DNA of 64,000 nt, taken from NCBI GenBank assembly GCA_023481175.1, contig JAMCWM010000012.1:1-64000 (forward strand), written 5' to 3'. Shown one piece after another: positions 17,817-27,306 of the stretch. Below the pieces are notes generated by a model. That model was not told the DNA's origin. It saw nothing but the letters and a program-made list of their open reading frames with translations, and did not search any database. The position numbers and the translations under genes are program-made. The stretch comes from Nitrospirota bacterium. GTDB taxonomy: Bacteria; Nitrospirota; Leptospirillia; Leptospirillales; Leptospirillaceae. Each line of letters opens with the position of its first letter. The first letter of the stretch is position 1.

Positions 17817-18364
17817 AATGGATGTCTTTGCGTTGCCGGACGGAGCGAACATCATGGGCTCCTGACGCCTTACGCGTACACATAAAGATGATTTTGGGTC
17901 CCTCCGCAAGACGGATGCCCACGCCTGGTTGATGGCGGAAACGGCCCTGTCACCTGCAGAGAGCCCGAAAGAGAATGGCCCATCGAGGCCGCTTTACTAA
18001 CCTCTCCCTAGGGGCACTGCAGGCGCGAATATCCATCATGGCCCCGGAGACTCTCCGTGAGGTCCGATATATTGGAGCATCCGATCCCTCCCCGGGATCG
18101 AGAGTGCTGACAGGCCAGGAGAACGGGGCAGACGGTCGAACGGAGAACCAACAGGAACGAACCTCTTTCGAGGATTTGCGGGAGAGTCTTGTCCCCAAAA
18201 CCCAACAATCGGGAGCGGGGGTCCCGCCCCAGAGGGCACGGCAATCTAAGTTCGCAGGGGAATTTGCTACATAAGCCGTCGCGCTTATTGAACATTTTGC
18301 CACCCCGACAGAAAAGAGGGTTCTCTTTTCCAGGGGGCTTGACATCCATCCCTGACCATATATT

Positions 18365-18412
18365 CCCCTTCTTGGGCCGTAGGCCAAGAGGGGATCAAGC
18401 GGGTTTTTTTTC
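18365..18412 (+). terminator. Hairpin followed by T9 tract (possible intrinsic terminator)
   Basis: CCCCTTCTTGGGCCGTAGGCCAAGAGGGG is followed by ATCAAGCGGG and then TTTTTTTTT. Confidence 0.3.
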
Positions 18413-18479
18413 TCGCTCCACACTCTCATGTTTTCCATGCGACGTGCCGCAAGGCACGTCGTCCGACCCGCGGGCAACG

Positions 18480-18660
18480 AGGGCCGGAACGGTCCGAAGT
18501 CAAAGCCTCCTCCGATCCCGATAAGACGCGAAGCTCCAAACGCCTTCGCGTATCCTCTGGCGAACGGCGACGGGACAGGAGCCGGAGATCGTTTTGGAGG
18601 GGAGGGGAAGACACCTCCTCTCCGTCGAGGAAAAACACATCCCCCTCCCTAAACTTGTTC
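18480..18660 (+). pseudogene. Duplicated 3'-end fragment of a DUF4143 ATPase gene (paralog remnant)
   Basis: 18548-18640 (TCTGGCGAACGGCGACGGGACAGGAG...GAGACACCTCCTC..GTCGAGG.AAAA.ACA) is about 75% identical to 15830-15930, inside the intact ATPase gene. The 25-mer CTGGCGAACGGCGACGGGACAGGAG is identical in both. Confidence 0.55.
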
Positions 18661-18688
18661 GCCCCCCCCAATCCCCCCTCCGTCCCTG

Positions 18689-19933
18689 TCAGCCCCTCCC
18701 TCCGGAGGAACGTTCGGCCTTTCCTTTCTCCAGAAGGAGCAGTCCCCCCCCGGCCGCGGCCGCCAGGGCGGCGACCCCCATGCCGAACGCCGTTTCCCCC
18801 CGGTCCCAGAGGTGGGCGAGAAGGGGCCAGAGGAGGAGCGACAGAAGGGCGGCCGAGATTTCGAAGAGCGCAAAGCCCCGGCTCCGGAGCTCCGGGGGCC
18901 AGAGGGCGGCTCCCCGGACCTTGAGGCCCACCATCGCGCAGGCCTCCCCCGCGCCCCAGGCCGTCATGGCCAGGAGATAGGCGGCGGGATGAGCTCCCCC
19001 GCGGGCCAAAAGGAGGGCCGAAGAGGCGATGAGAAAGGCCGCGATCCCCATCAGAGGGCGCGGAGACTGAGGCAGGATTTTCCGGACGATTCCCAAATTG
19101 GCCAGAACGGTCAGGAGGCTCGCCAGGAGGAAACCCACCACCGTCACCGGGAAGCTTCCCCCCTCCGAGGCGAAGCGGAACATGAGGAGGGTGGCGGGAA
19201 GCATTCCGGCTCTCAGGAGGGTCCCGCCCAGAAAATAAATCCGGATGTCGGGCCGGATCAGATGGCCCCGGACGGAAGAAGAGAAGAGCCCGGGGGCGGA
19301 GGCGTGTCCGTCCTGCGTCTTCCTCTGCTCCGCCGCGGCCCTGCGGGTGGCCAACACCGAAAAGGCGAGGCACAGGACTCCGGGGAGGGCCCCCAGAAAC
19401 AGGAGATGCGCGGGGGAAAGGAAGCCGGCCAGAGCCAGGGCCAGGAGCGGGCCGGTGATTCCCCCGACCTGGTCCAGCGACTGGACGGTCCCGAAGGCTC
19501 TTGCAAGGAGTTCCGGAGGAAGAGCGTTGGACAGAAGGGCGTCCCGGGCCGGTCCCCGGAGCCCCTTCCCGAACCAGGAGAGGCTTTTGAGAGCGATCAG
19601 GGCCCCGGCCGACCCGGCCGCACCCATGAGGACCGTCGACAGGACGGTCAGGCCGTAGCCTCCCCGCACGAGAAGAATCTCCCTCCGGGGAACTCCCCCC
19701 AGACGGCCGGAGAAGAGGAATCCCCCCATCCGTGTTCCCTCCGCCAGAGACTCCATCAGGGCGGTCGCCATTCCCGTTCCTCCGAGGTGGAGCATCAGGG
19801 CGGGAAGCAGGACATGGGCCATCTCGTAGGTCATGTCCGCAAACAGGCTGGTCATCCCGAAAAGAAGCGGAACGGAATCCCCGCGGGGCGGAGGGGCCGA
19901 GGACGGGGAGGGGGGAGGGAGAGGGGCGGTCAT
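18689..19933 (-). CDS. MFS transporter
   Basis: About 12 predicted TM helices. Typical MFS loop sequences are present (GRLGGVPRREILLVRGGYGL). ATGA overlap with the upstream CaCA gene. Confidence 0.8.
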   Translation of the reverse strand: MTAPLPPPSPSSAPPPRGDSVPLLFGMTSLFADMTYEMAHVLLPALMLHLGGTGMATALMESLAEGTRMGGFLFSGRLGGVPRREILLVRGGYGLTVLSTVLMGAAGSAGALIALKSLSWFGKGLRGPARDALLSNALPPELLARAFGTVQSLDQVGGITGPLLALALAGFLSPAHLLFLGALPGVLCLAFSVLATRRAAAEQRKTQDGHASAPGLFSSSVRGHLIRPDIRIYFLGGTLLRAGMLPATLLMFRFASEGGSFPVTVVGFLLASLLTVLANLGIVRKILPQSPRPLMGIAAFLIASSALLLARGGAHPAAYLLAMTAWGAGEACAMVGLKVRGAALWPPELRSRGFALFEISAALLSLLLWPLLAHLWDRGETAFGMGVAALAAAAGGGLLLLEKGKAERSSGGRG

Positions 19934-20817
19934 GGGGTGGACTTTCCTGTCATGCCGCCTTTTCGGAGGGCTAGGCCGAACAGGAGCGTCAGGGCTCCCA
20001 GAAGGGCCAGGCCGGCATGGAGCGCGTCGGACGAGCCGGTCCAGGTGGAGATCAGAAGCCCTGCGGCGATCGACAGGGTGACCTGAAGGTGGATCGAGCC
20101 CCAGAGGAGGACGAAGGATTGGGTCAGGCTCCGTTTCCGGAGGAAGTGGGTGAGGGTGAGGAGCTCCGGGGCTTCGGTCGCGATGGGGCCCAGGAGTAGC
20201 GCCGTCCAGAAGGAGGACAATCCAGAGGCCTCCTGGAGGCCGGCGATCCCCGACAGGAAGAGATGGCTTCCCAGACCCATCAGAAGGGCTCCTCCCCCGA
20301 CCGAGAGGCCGTCCTTCATGGACCAGCGCGCAGGGGAATCCCCGGCTCCCGTGGAGTCCTCATGGTCCGGAGAGGAGAGGAGCCCCCAGAGATACAGGGC
20401 TCCGAGCGCGAGCGCGAGGAGAGCCCGGAGAGGGAGGCTCCGGCCAAAGAGCAGGAGGGCCGCGGCGAGCCCCGCCGCCAGAAACGGAATCTCGCGGAAG
20501 AGGCTCCGGGCCTGGGCTCTCCCCAGAAAAAAGGCCAGGGGGACCAGAAAGAGGCTGAGAAAGAGGGGAGGGCCGAACAGGGCCCCGGTCCCGGCCTCGA
20601 TGAGGGAGCGGCCCGCTCCCGGTGTCAGAAAGGCGATCAGGGGGAGGATCAGTTCGGGAAGGGAAAGGGAGATATTCCCCAGAATCCGGAGCCCCCGGTT
20701 CCGGTTTTCGAAAAACCGCTCCACCGTGGCTTCGAGCGACCGGGTAAAGAGGGCCGATCCGGCCACGATGAGGAAAAAGCCGGTCGTCAGGGTGGCTCCC
20801 GCAGGGAGGAATGTCAT
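19930..20817 (-). CDS. Ca2+:cation antiporter (CaCA/YrbG-like, Na+/Ca2+ exchanger family)
   Basis: Two alpha-repeat motifs: ILGNISLSLPELILPLIAF and LLLGPIATEAPELLTLTHFLRK (the G-x-S/T-x-PE signatures of CaCA). Confidence 0.8.
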   Translation of the reverse strand: MTFLPAGATLTTGFFLIVAGSALFTRSLEATVERFFENRNRGLRILGNISLSLPELILPLIAFLTPGAGRSLIEAGTGALFGPPLFLSLFLVPLAFFLGRAQARSLFREIPFLAAGLAAALLLFGRSLPLRALLALALGALYLWGLLSSPDHEDSTGAGDSPARWSMKDGLSVGGGALLMGLGSHLFLSGIAGLQEASGLSSFWTALLLGPIATEAPELLTLTHFLRKRSLTQSFVLLWGSIHLQVTLSIAAGLLISTWTGSSDALHAGLALLGALTLLFGLALRKGGMTGKSTP

Positions 20818-21230
20818 CGGAAAAGGAACTCCTTGGAACCGGTCGTGGCTCTCTTCTGGGTATACGGTGTGGGCAGATAACGTTTCCTTCTCTTTGGCAG
20901 AGGCAAGGTGGTATCCATTCTAACTGCGGTTGTGCGGACAGTCATGAGAGTGTCGTGTTCCCCTGATTCCGAAATAGGGAGTCAAAAAAATAAACAAGCC
21001 CTCTTTACTGTTGGATTTTCGGTGAGGTATAATCTCACCTGTCAGGTGAAAACCATAACAGTATCGGAGGGCCAGGATCATGGTACGAAACGGACAGAAG
21101 GGAATCAAGCTGGAACGGACTTACGAACCCCTGACCGGTCAGGGAGGATATTTGCCCTTTTCGGGGGGTTGGAACGGGATCCTGGCCGGGGTATGATGGG
21201 AGAGTGTTCGCAACGCCCAAGGAGGTTTCC

Positions 21231-21794
21231 ATGAAAACGGCCAAGCTCAAAGAATGGACCTACGAAGACTATCTGGCGCTCCCCGAAGGGGATCCCTTTC
21301 GTTACGAGGTGATCAACGGAGACTTGTACATGACCCCTGCGCCCAATCTCAGACATCAGAGAATTTCCATGAATATTTCGAGAATCGTCAGTAGTTTTCT
21401 TCATCAGAATCCCCTTGGGGAGATTTTCTCCGCTCCTTGCGACGTGATCTTTGTCCCCGAACCTCTCCAATACGTGGAGCCGGATCTCGTATTCGTTTCG
21501 AAGGAGCGTTCGGCCATCCTCACCGAGAAAAATATTCAGGGAGTTCCGGACCTGCTCGTGGAGATCCTGTCCCAAACAACGAAAATAAGGGATCGCCGTC
21601 TGAAACTTTCCCTCTACGAACGGTTCGGGGTTCCCGAATACTGGATCGTCGATCCCGAGACGGAATCCGTCCAGGTCTTCCAGCTTGTCGACGGGCGCTA
21701 TCCGGCTTCTCTGGAATTTTGCAAGACGGACATTCTGGAATCCCCCCATCTTCCCGGTCTGGCGATTTCCCTCTCCGACGTGTTTTCCTCCTGA
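21231..21794 (+). CDS. Uma2-family (DUF820) putative restriction-endonuclease-like protein
   Basis: KLKEWTYEDYLALPEGDPFRYEVINGDLYMTPAPNLRHQRISMNI...VPDLLVEILSQTTKIRDRRLKLSLYERFGVPEYWIVDP is the Uma2 PD-(D/E)xK pattern. RBS AAGGAGG lies 6 nt before the ATG. Confidence 0.8.
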   Translation: MKTAKLKEWTYEDYLALPEGDPFRYEVINGDLYMTPAPNLRHQRISMNISRIVSSFLHQNPLGEIFSAPCDVIFVPEPLQYVEPDLVFVSKERSAILTEKNIQGVPDLLVEILSQTTKIRDRRLKLSLYERFGVPEYWIVDPETESVQVFQLVDGRYPASLEFCKTDILESPHLPGLAISLSDVFSS

Positions 21795-21798
21795 AAGC

Positions 21799-23502
21799 GT
21801 AACTACTCAGGTCAGGTTCTGCCCCGTCGGATTCACCGAGGGAGATTTCTGAACGCGCCAAAGTCCTGAGATCTTTTGAGCGGACAATCTTTTCAATCGG
21901 ACTGCTGGCTTTTTCCGAATTTCCCGTTTATCATGATCCCCATGACGACTCCCCATCCCGACAAAGACGCCCTTGTGGCTCTGGTACGATCCGACCCCGA
22001 ACAGTCCGTCGAACTCTTTCTGGAACTCCTCTCCCTTCTTGCGACGTCCGAGACAGAGATCCGGAGCCTGAAGGAGGAGATCAAAGAGCTCAAAGCTCGG
22101 CTGAACAAGAACAGCCAGAACAGCTCCAGACCTCCCTCGAGCGACGGCTACCGAAAACCCGCCCCCAAAAGTCTTCGGACTCCTTCCGGAAAGAAAACGG
22201 GAGGACAGCCCGGGCACGACGGAGACACGCTTCTCGCCGTTCCGGTCCCGGATCGGATCGTCGAGATTCCGGTCCTCTCCTGTTCCTGCGGGGCGGATCT
22301 CTCCGGGATCACGGCCTCGGAGTACGAAGCCCGCCAAGTCTTCGATCTTCCGGAACCCCGTCTCGACGTCACCGAATACCTCTCGGCAAAGTGTGCTGCC
22401 CGTCCTGCCGGAAGAGTGTGACCCCTCCGGCTCCCGAAGGGGTGACCGCTCCGACCCAGTACGGATCCCGTTTCAAGGCCGCCCTGGTCTACCTGCACGA
22501 GGACCAGGCCCTCCCCACGAACCGGGTCCGGCAGCTCTGTTCCGATCTCTTCGGAGCGGTCGTGAGCGAAGGGACCATTCTCGAGGCCAGCCGTCTCCTG
22601 TCCGGCCGGCTCGATCCCTTCGTCGAGCGCGTCCGGGAGCTCCTGGTCGCCGCCCCGGTCCTTCATGCCGACGAGACGGGACTCCGGGTGGCTTCCCGTC
22701 TTTCGTGGTGCCACGTCGCCTCGACGGAGAGAGTGACGCTTCTGGGTCTTCACGAGAAACGGGGACAGGAAGGCATCGACGCCCTCGGGGTGGTTCCCCA
22801 AGCCCTGGGAACCACCGTACACGACTTCTGGGGGCCCTATCTCTCCTACCCCGGACAGCACGCCTTCTGCAATGCCCATCTTCTCCGGGAGCTGACCGCT
22901 CTCGAAGAGTCCGACGGCCATCGCTGGGCCACGGAGATGAAAGAGTTCCTTCTCGAGACGAAGGCGGAGGCCAAATCCCGAACAGGGCCTCCCGACGAGA
23001 TCCGCCAGAAGGCCGTGCTCGATGCGATGAAGAGAATCCTCGACCGGGGATGGGAGGAGGCGGGACGTCCCGAAAAGCCCCGGAACTCCCGGGGACGTCC
23101 CAAGGCCACCCCCGCCCAGAACCTTCTTCGACGCTTTGAGGAGTACCAACGCCAGATTCTCGCCTTCTTCTTCGATCCGGCGATTCCGTTCACCAACAAC
23201 CAGGCAGAACAGGATCTCCGGATGGTCAAGGTCCGCCAGAAGGTCTCGGGAGGATTTCGGACCGACCGGGGAGCCCAGGTCTTCCTGACCATCCGGAGTT
23301 ATACCGGAACCCTCCGGAAACAGGGCCGAGATGTCTGGGCCGGCCTGACACGGGCCATGAAGGGACTTCCCTTCCTCCCCTCCGACGCCTGATCTCCCTC
23401 TTCTGTCTCCCCGGACATCCTTCCTGATCCTTCTCGAACCCTCCTGCCTCGATCTCTCCCAACTCCTGCGTGTTCATCTCGTGGGGCTCGGGACTTGACC
23501 TG
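21799..23502 (+). mobile_element. Single-ORF IS66-family element with terminal inverted repeats; transposase frameshifted
   Basis: IRL GTAACTACTCAGGTCAGG (21799-21816) matches the reverse complement of IRR CTTGACCTGAGTAGTTAC (23485-23502) at 17/18. The internal ORFs (21933..22421 plus 22391..23392) have the IS66 TnpC hallmarks: SSRPPSSDGYRKP, GKKTGGQPGH, a zinc-finger region, DETGLRV and FFFDPAIPFTNNQAEQDLRMVK. The frame shifts near 22400. The element is inserted 5 bp after the Uma2 stop. Confidence 0.8.
21933..23392 (+). pseudogene. IS66-family transposase (TnpC-like), disrupted by a frameshift near 22390-22420
   Basis: Two consecutive ORFs in different frames together cover a full-length IS66 transposase. 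Confidence 0.75.
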
Positions 23503-23559
23503 AGTAGTTACCCGTGTTCTAGGGGATTGACAGAATTGCAGGGACTCAACCCATGAATT

Positions 23560-25002
23560 TCAACTAGTCTTGGTCGGTTTTACGCCACCTTTGCGGCCCA
23601 ATCCGAAGCCGACCCGATACAGATCGGGCATATCGATGCGCCCGTCCGACCGGATAGTGAAAATCCCCAATCGAACCAAATCATCCCGAACGCCATTCCA
23701 GCCTTGTCCAGCATGTTGCGGCGGCAAGCGATCCGAGCGGATGTTATTCGGGCCGTCGGGGAACTTCTGATTCCAGGATTCCATGATTTCACCATAATCA
23801 ACGGGCACGTTCTTCCCTTTCAATGGCCCCATGACATGAGACACCCAGGGATCATCCTCGGCTACTTCCGAGACCCGAATTTCCGATGCTTTCTGAATGC
23901 CACGCTTGAGGCTCTCGTAATGCATCGCAAGCGGATAGTCCCCATAGCGCGCATCGCTATCTTCGGCGGCACCTCGAATGGCTGCCAGGAAAGACCGAGG
24001 TGACGTAAGTCCGTGGCCATCGGCGAGATGGCTGACGCTCCACACATAGGGCACCCCACGGCGCGCATCCTTTCCCATTTTGTCGCCCGCCAGGATCTCG
24101 AACAGGAGCCGCTGATAGGGTGGCTCGGATGTCAGCTGAGCGGGCAAACGCCATACTGGGCCATCCCCCCAGGCGCTTTCCCGGATCAGGACCGAAGATA
24201 CTACGGCACGCATGCACTCCCCGTTATTTTTCGGCGCGTTGATGAGGCGCTGCCACATCATGGCATGAAGGTCATGTCGTTCCCACGTCAGGTCGGCACG
24301 CGTCGCCATCAGTTTGGAGGCGTCGACGAATGCGGTTGTCGATAGCTGCAACTGATCGGGTCGCAAAAATACTTTGGCCCGAAGACGTGAAAAATCACGC
24401 AGTCTCAAAGCCAACCGCAAGAGACCCTGAACGATGCGGTCCATCTCGGCCCATTGGTGGCTGGTGCGATCCAGTGCATCGAACACAAGGAGGACAAAGT
24501 GATTGTTTTCAGCCAGTTTCGCATCAGCCTCTTCGATCAGGCGTGCGACCGGTTCAGGGTTCTGGACGATCCACTTTACCGTGGTTTCCCAGGAATCCGC
24601 GGGCACCGACTTCCCGATGATGTTGGCCAGCCTGCGCGCCACCACGGCACGCCAAATGATTTCCGGATCGTAGTTCCTGTCGACTAGAAACTTGAATGTG
24701 TTTTGATCCGGATAGTGTTGGATATCGGGTTTTGCCGCATGGCCGACCCAGATCCTGGCATGGGCCAGATCGGTCACCGATGCCCCGATTTGCTGACGCA
24801 GAATGTCATTGCTCAAAACGGCGGTCCAGAAAGATTTTCCAACGCCGCGAGCACCCACGACCAACGAGCCGTCAAGAGAAAGCGCCTTGCGATGAGCGGG
24901 AGGGAGATAAAGGGTACCCGGACTGGGCACCTCATCTCCCTTGGTATCCAGTTCGAAAGGCGCAGTCATGATGGCCCGGCGGATTTCCCTTGCGCTACTC
25001 AA
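23560..25002 (-). CDS. STAND/NACHT-like P-loop NTPase, unknown function (gene C of a 3-gene operon)
   Basis: Walker A VVGARGVGKSFW and Walker B-like HFVLLVFDALDRT (hhhhDxhD, as in STAND NTPases). About 470-480 aa. Start is either TTG 25002 (TTGA overlap with the upstream stop) or ATG 24969. Confidence 0.7.
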   Translation of the reverse strand: MSSAREIRRAIMTAPFELDTKGDEVPSPGTLYLPPAHRKALSLDGSLVVGARGVGKSFWTAVLSNDILRQQIGASVTDLAHARIWVGHAAKPDIQHYPDQNTFKFLVDRNYDPEIIWRAVVARRLANIIGKSVPADSWETTVKWIVQNPEPVARLIEEADAKLAENNHFVLLVFDALDRTSHQWAEMDRIVQGLLRLALRLRDFSRLRAKVFLRPDQLQLSTTAFVDASKLMATRADLTWERHDLHAMMWQRLINAPKNNGECMRAVVSSVLIRESAWGDGPVWRLPAQLTSEPPYQRLLFEILAGDKMGKDARRGVPYVWSVSHLADGHGLTSPRSFLAAIRGAAEDSDARYGDYPLAMHYESLKRGIQKASEIRVSEVAEDDPWVSHVMGPLKGKNVPVDYGEIMESWNQKFPDGPNNIRSDRLPPQHAGQGWNGVRDDLVRLGIFTIRSDGRIDMPDLYRVGFGLGRKGGVKPTKTS

Positions 25003-26282
25003 GAAAATTCTCCGGAAAGGGTGCGCTCCAGAAACTCCAGAAGTGGGCCATAAACCAACCGGACTTCGTCGTCATCCACCTGTGTCATGCGTCCATGCAG
25101 GCTCATCAGGCCGTACCACCCCCGGTTCCATCGGATAGGCAAGGGCATGTGCGGGGCGTATTCGTCATCGGGCTCGTAGTTCCATCCGCCAGTTTCGCCT
25201 GGCCCTGTTTCATCGTAGGTCGTTTCGAAAAGGTCGTAGGCATCTTTGCGTAGCCTTGCAAGGTAATCCGCTCTCCGTTCATCGTCCGGTACCAGGCCCG
25301 CAACCAATTGCAGACGCTCGCGTATTTTGGTGATAACCCCACGGCTCTGCCAATGGGCGAACAAGGATCGGTAGCCGGTCCATGTTTGCTGGCCCTGAAT
25401 TGCGAACAGCATGATCGTGTGAGCCCCCAGATCAGTGACGCAGGCAGCCGCCACCTCGTCGATGCCTGCGCGCGAATCGATCAGAACGATCTCGGGATGC
25501 AGCCGTGCTTCCAGCGCCCCGATCAACCGGTTCAGGCGGGAGGACCACGCTTCGGGTTGCAAGGGGTTCTTCAGCTTGGGCATCCATACACGCCCCAACT
25601 TGGAGACATATTCCCCCGGATCTTGCCCGTGCGAGGGAACGATATGAATAGAGCCATCCGTGGGCAAATCACTCATTGCGAACAGGCTGTCGATCAGTCC
25701 CTCTCCGTTATCGACGAGATCTTCCACCAGCCAGTCGGTGATGCCGTACTTTGGTTGGCGTTCATCCGGCAGCAAGGCGCTCGAAAGACCCGGCGATTCC
25801 AGATCCAGGTCCAGCACCAACACTTTTTTCCCAAGCCTGGCCAGGTGCCAGGCGCTTGCTGCAAGCGCCGTTGAGCGACCCACCCCGCCTTTGATCGAGA
25901 AAAACACGATTCGCGGGACATCCTCGGCCACATTCTTGATCGGCACCCACTGGCTCTCGCTGGCCAAGCGATCGACGACCCAAACCCTATCGAAATCCTC
26001 CAGCGCGAATCGTATAGTCCCTTGGCAAGCCTGGTCGATGTCCTGCTCGTACAGGATGCCGCACTCGACCGGATATCCGTGCGGTTCGATATCCTCGGCA
26101 AGGGTCCGATAGAGATTCTCGACCCGAACGCGTTGCTCTCCTTCGATACGCTCGGACACGATGAATCGTACCCGACCGTTGAGGTCGCGGTTGATCAGCA
26201 GCCAGTCCAGATCAGCCAGAAGACCGGAAGAGGTTCGGAGCACCCGGGCCACAGTGGGCAGTATTTGATCGAACGTCGTCAT
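24999..26282 (-). CDS. ParA/MinD-like (SIMIBI) ATPase with about 140-aa N-terminal extra domain; unusual KGGVGRST P-loop (gene B)
   Basis: IVFFSIKGGVGRSTALAASAWHLARLGKKVLVLDLDLESPGL is the deviant Walker A KGGxG[K>R]ST plus the ParA-type DLD motif. ATGA overlap with the upstream gene. Confidence 0.75.
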   Translation of the reverse strand: MTTFDQILPTVARVLRTSSGLLADLDWLLINRDLNGRVRFIVSERIEGEQRVRVENLYRTLAEDIEPHGYPVECGILYEQDIDQACQGTIRFALEDFDRVWVVDRLASESQWVPIKNVAEDVPRIVFFSIKGGVGRSTALAASAWHLARLGKKVLVLDLDLESPGLSSALLPDERQPKYGITDWLVEDLVDNGEGLIDSLFAMSDLPTDGSIHIVPSHGQDPGEYVSKLGRVWMPKLKNPLQPEAWSSRLNRLIGALEARLHPEIVLIDSRAGIDEVAAACVTDLGAHTIMLFAIQGQQTWTGYRSLFAHWQSRGVITKIRERLQLVAGLVPDDERRADYLARLRKDAYDLFETTYDETGPGETGGWNYEPDDEYAPHMPLPIRWNRGWYGLMSLHGRMTQVDDDEVRLVYGPLLEFLERTLSGEFS

Positions 26283-26695
26283 AAGATCCCGTCCCGTTTG
26301 GCCTTTTGAATCAGTCGGCAGACTGCCTTTGCGCCTGCTTTATGGGATTGTACCAGCTCTTGATCGAAGCCTGACTGATGGGCGTAGCGTTGCGAAGCAT
26401 TCCAGTTATGGAACGGGTTCGACGTGGGTAAGGGATAGGCCATTCCCCGATGATGTCCACAGCGATAGCTTTCAAAGCGGTCCCAGATACCGTTCGCATG
26501 CTCCCGATCCTGACTATTATCAGGACGATCCCTGGTCGTGTCGTAGGGCATGCCAAAGATCAGCATCAACCGTTTCAGTCCACACTCCGCAGCCAAGCCA
26601 TAAAGATGGTCGGCATTCGCCCAACGGTGAGCCTGAAGCAAACGCTCCGCATCCTCCCAGTGTCTGTCGTGCGCATCAAGAAAATCCGTTTTCAT
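26279..26695 (-). CDS. Small hypothetical protein (139 aa), first gene of the 3-gene operon (gene A)
   Basis: MKTDFLDAHDRHWEDAERLLQAHRWANADHLYGLAAECGLKRLM... Strong RBS GGAGGGG 2 nt before the ATG. No recognisable domain. AT-rich putative promoter region upstream (26700-27000). Confidence 0.6.
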   Translation of the reverse strand: MKTDFLDAHDRHWEDAERLLQAHRWANADHLYGLAAECGLKRLMLIFGMPYDTTRDRPDNSQDREHANGIWDRFESYRCGHHRGMAYPLPTSNPFHNWNASQRYAHQSGFDQELVQSHKAGAKAVCRLIQKAKRDGIL

Positions 26696-27306
26696 TTCCC
26701 CTCCGTTAAGTCTCAAAGAGATGATTTTCGAGTTGGCACCAGCTCCCCCACACACCATAAAAAAATTCTTTAGGCCAAGGAGGCTTGTGTTTAGCGGAGA
26801 CCAGAACGACAGTCATCATGACAGCCGCACTTCCAAAAATCGGATTCAGGACTGCTCCAGACAAGGGGATTTTTATAAAAATGTCGAAAATAAGTCTTTT
26901 TGTCAAATTCCTTTTTCGTCTCGACAATCGTTTTCCTGTTGCAGGAGTTCAGGGGTTCCAGGAAGTTTTCCAGAAATCCTTCATGGGAGAAGACCGCCTA
27001 TCTGTGGCGAACTTTGAAGGAGAATTTTCATTCTTGCCCCGAAGGACAGATCGAAAGCCTTGCGCACCCTGTAAAACCCGTGGTCGGACGAGTCGGGGCC
27101 GGGAAAGAGGATCTCGGGACCTTTGGGAGCGGACAAGCCAAGAACCGGATTTGCGAAAAGGGGGAGAAATTCAGGAACGGGAAGCGATTTTCAAGAACGA
27201 TCCGATTTTCTTGTGGGGGGGCTCCTCTTCCCGTCCTGACCCCCAGCCTGATCCACGATGGTGTCACGATTTTGCCCGGCACGATTCCGGAAAGATCCGG
27301 AGGAAA

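Noticed and set aside
16542-17909. 455-aa minus-strand ORF antisense to the IS110 transposase
   Set aside because: The opposite strand encodes a clearly recognisable IS110 transposase. No motifs in this frame.
18340-18370. TTGACA...TATATT promoter-like sequence
   Set aside because: Spacer is only 14 nt for the best -10 and there is no clear downstream gene. Mentioned only in connection with the hairpin/T-tract at 18365-18412.
21791-23510. Target-site duplication flanking the IS66-family element
   Set aside because: Flanks CTGAAAGC and CCGTGTTC do not match. Either no TSD, or it has decayed, or the boundaries are off by a few bases.
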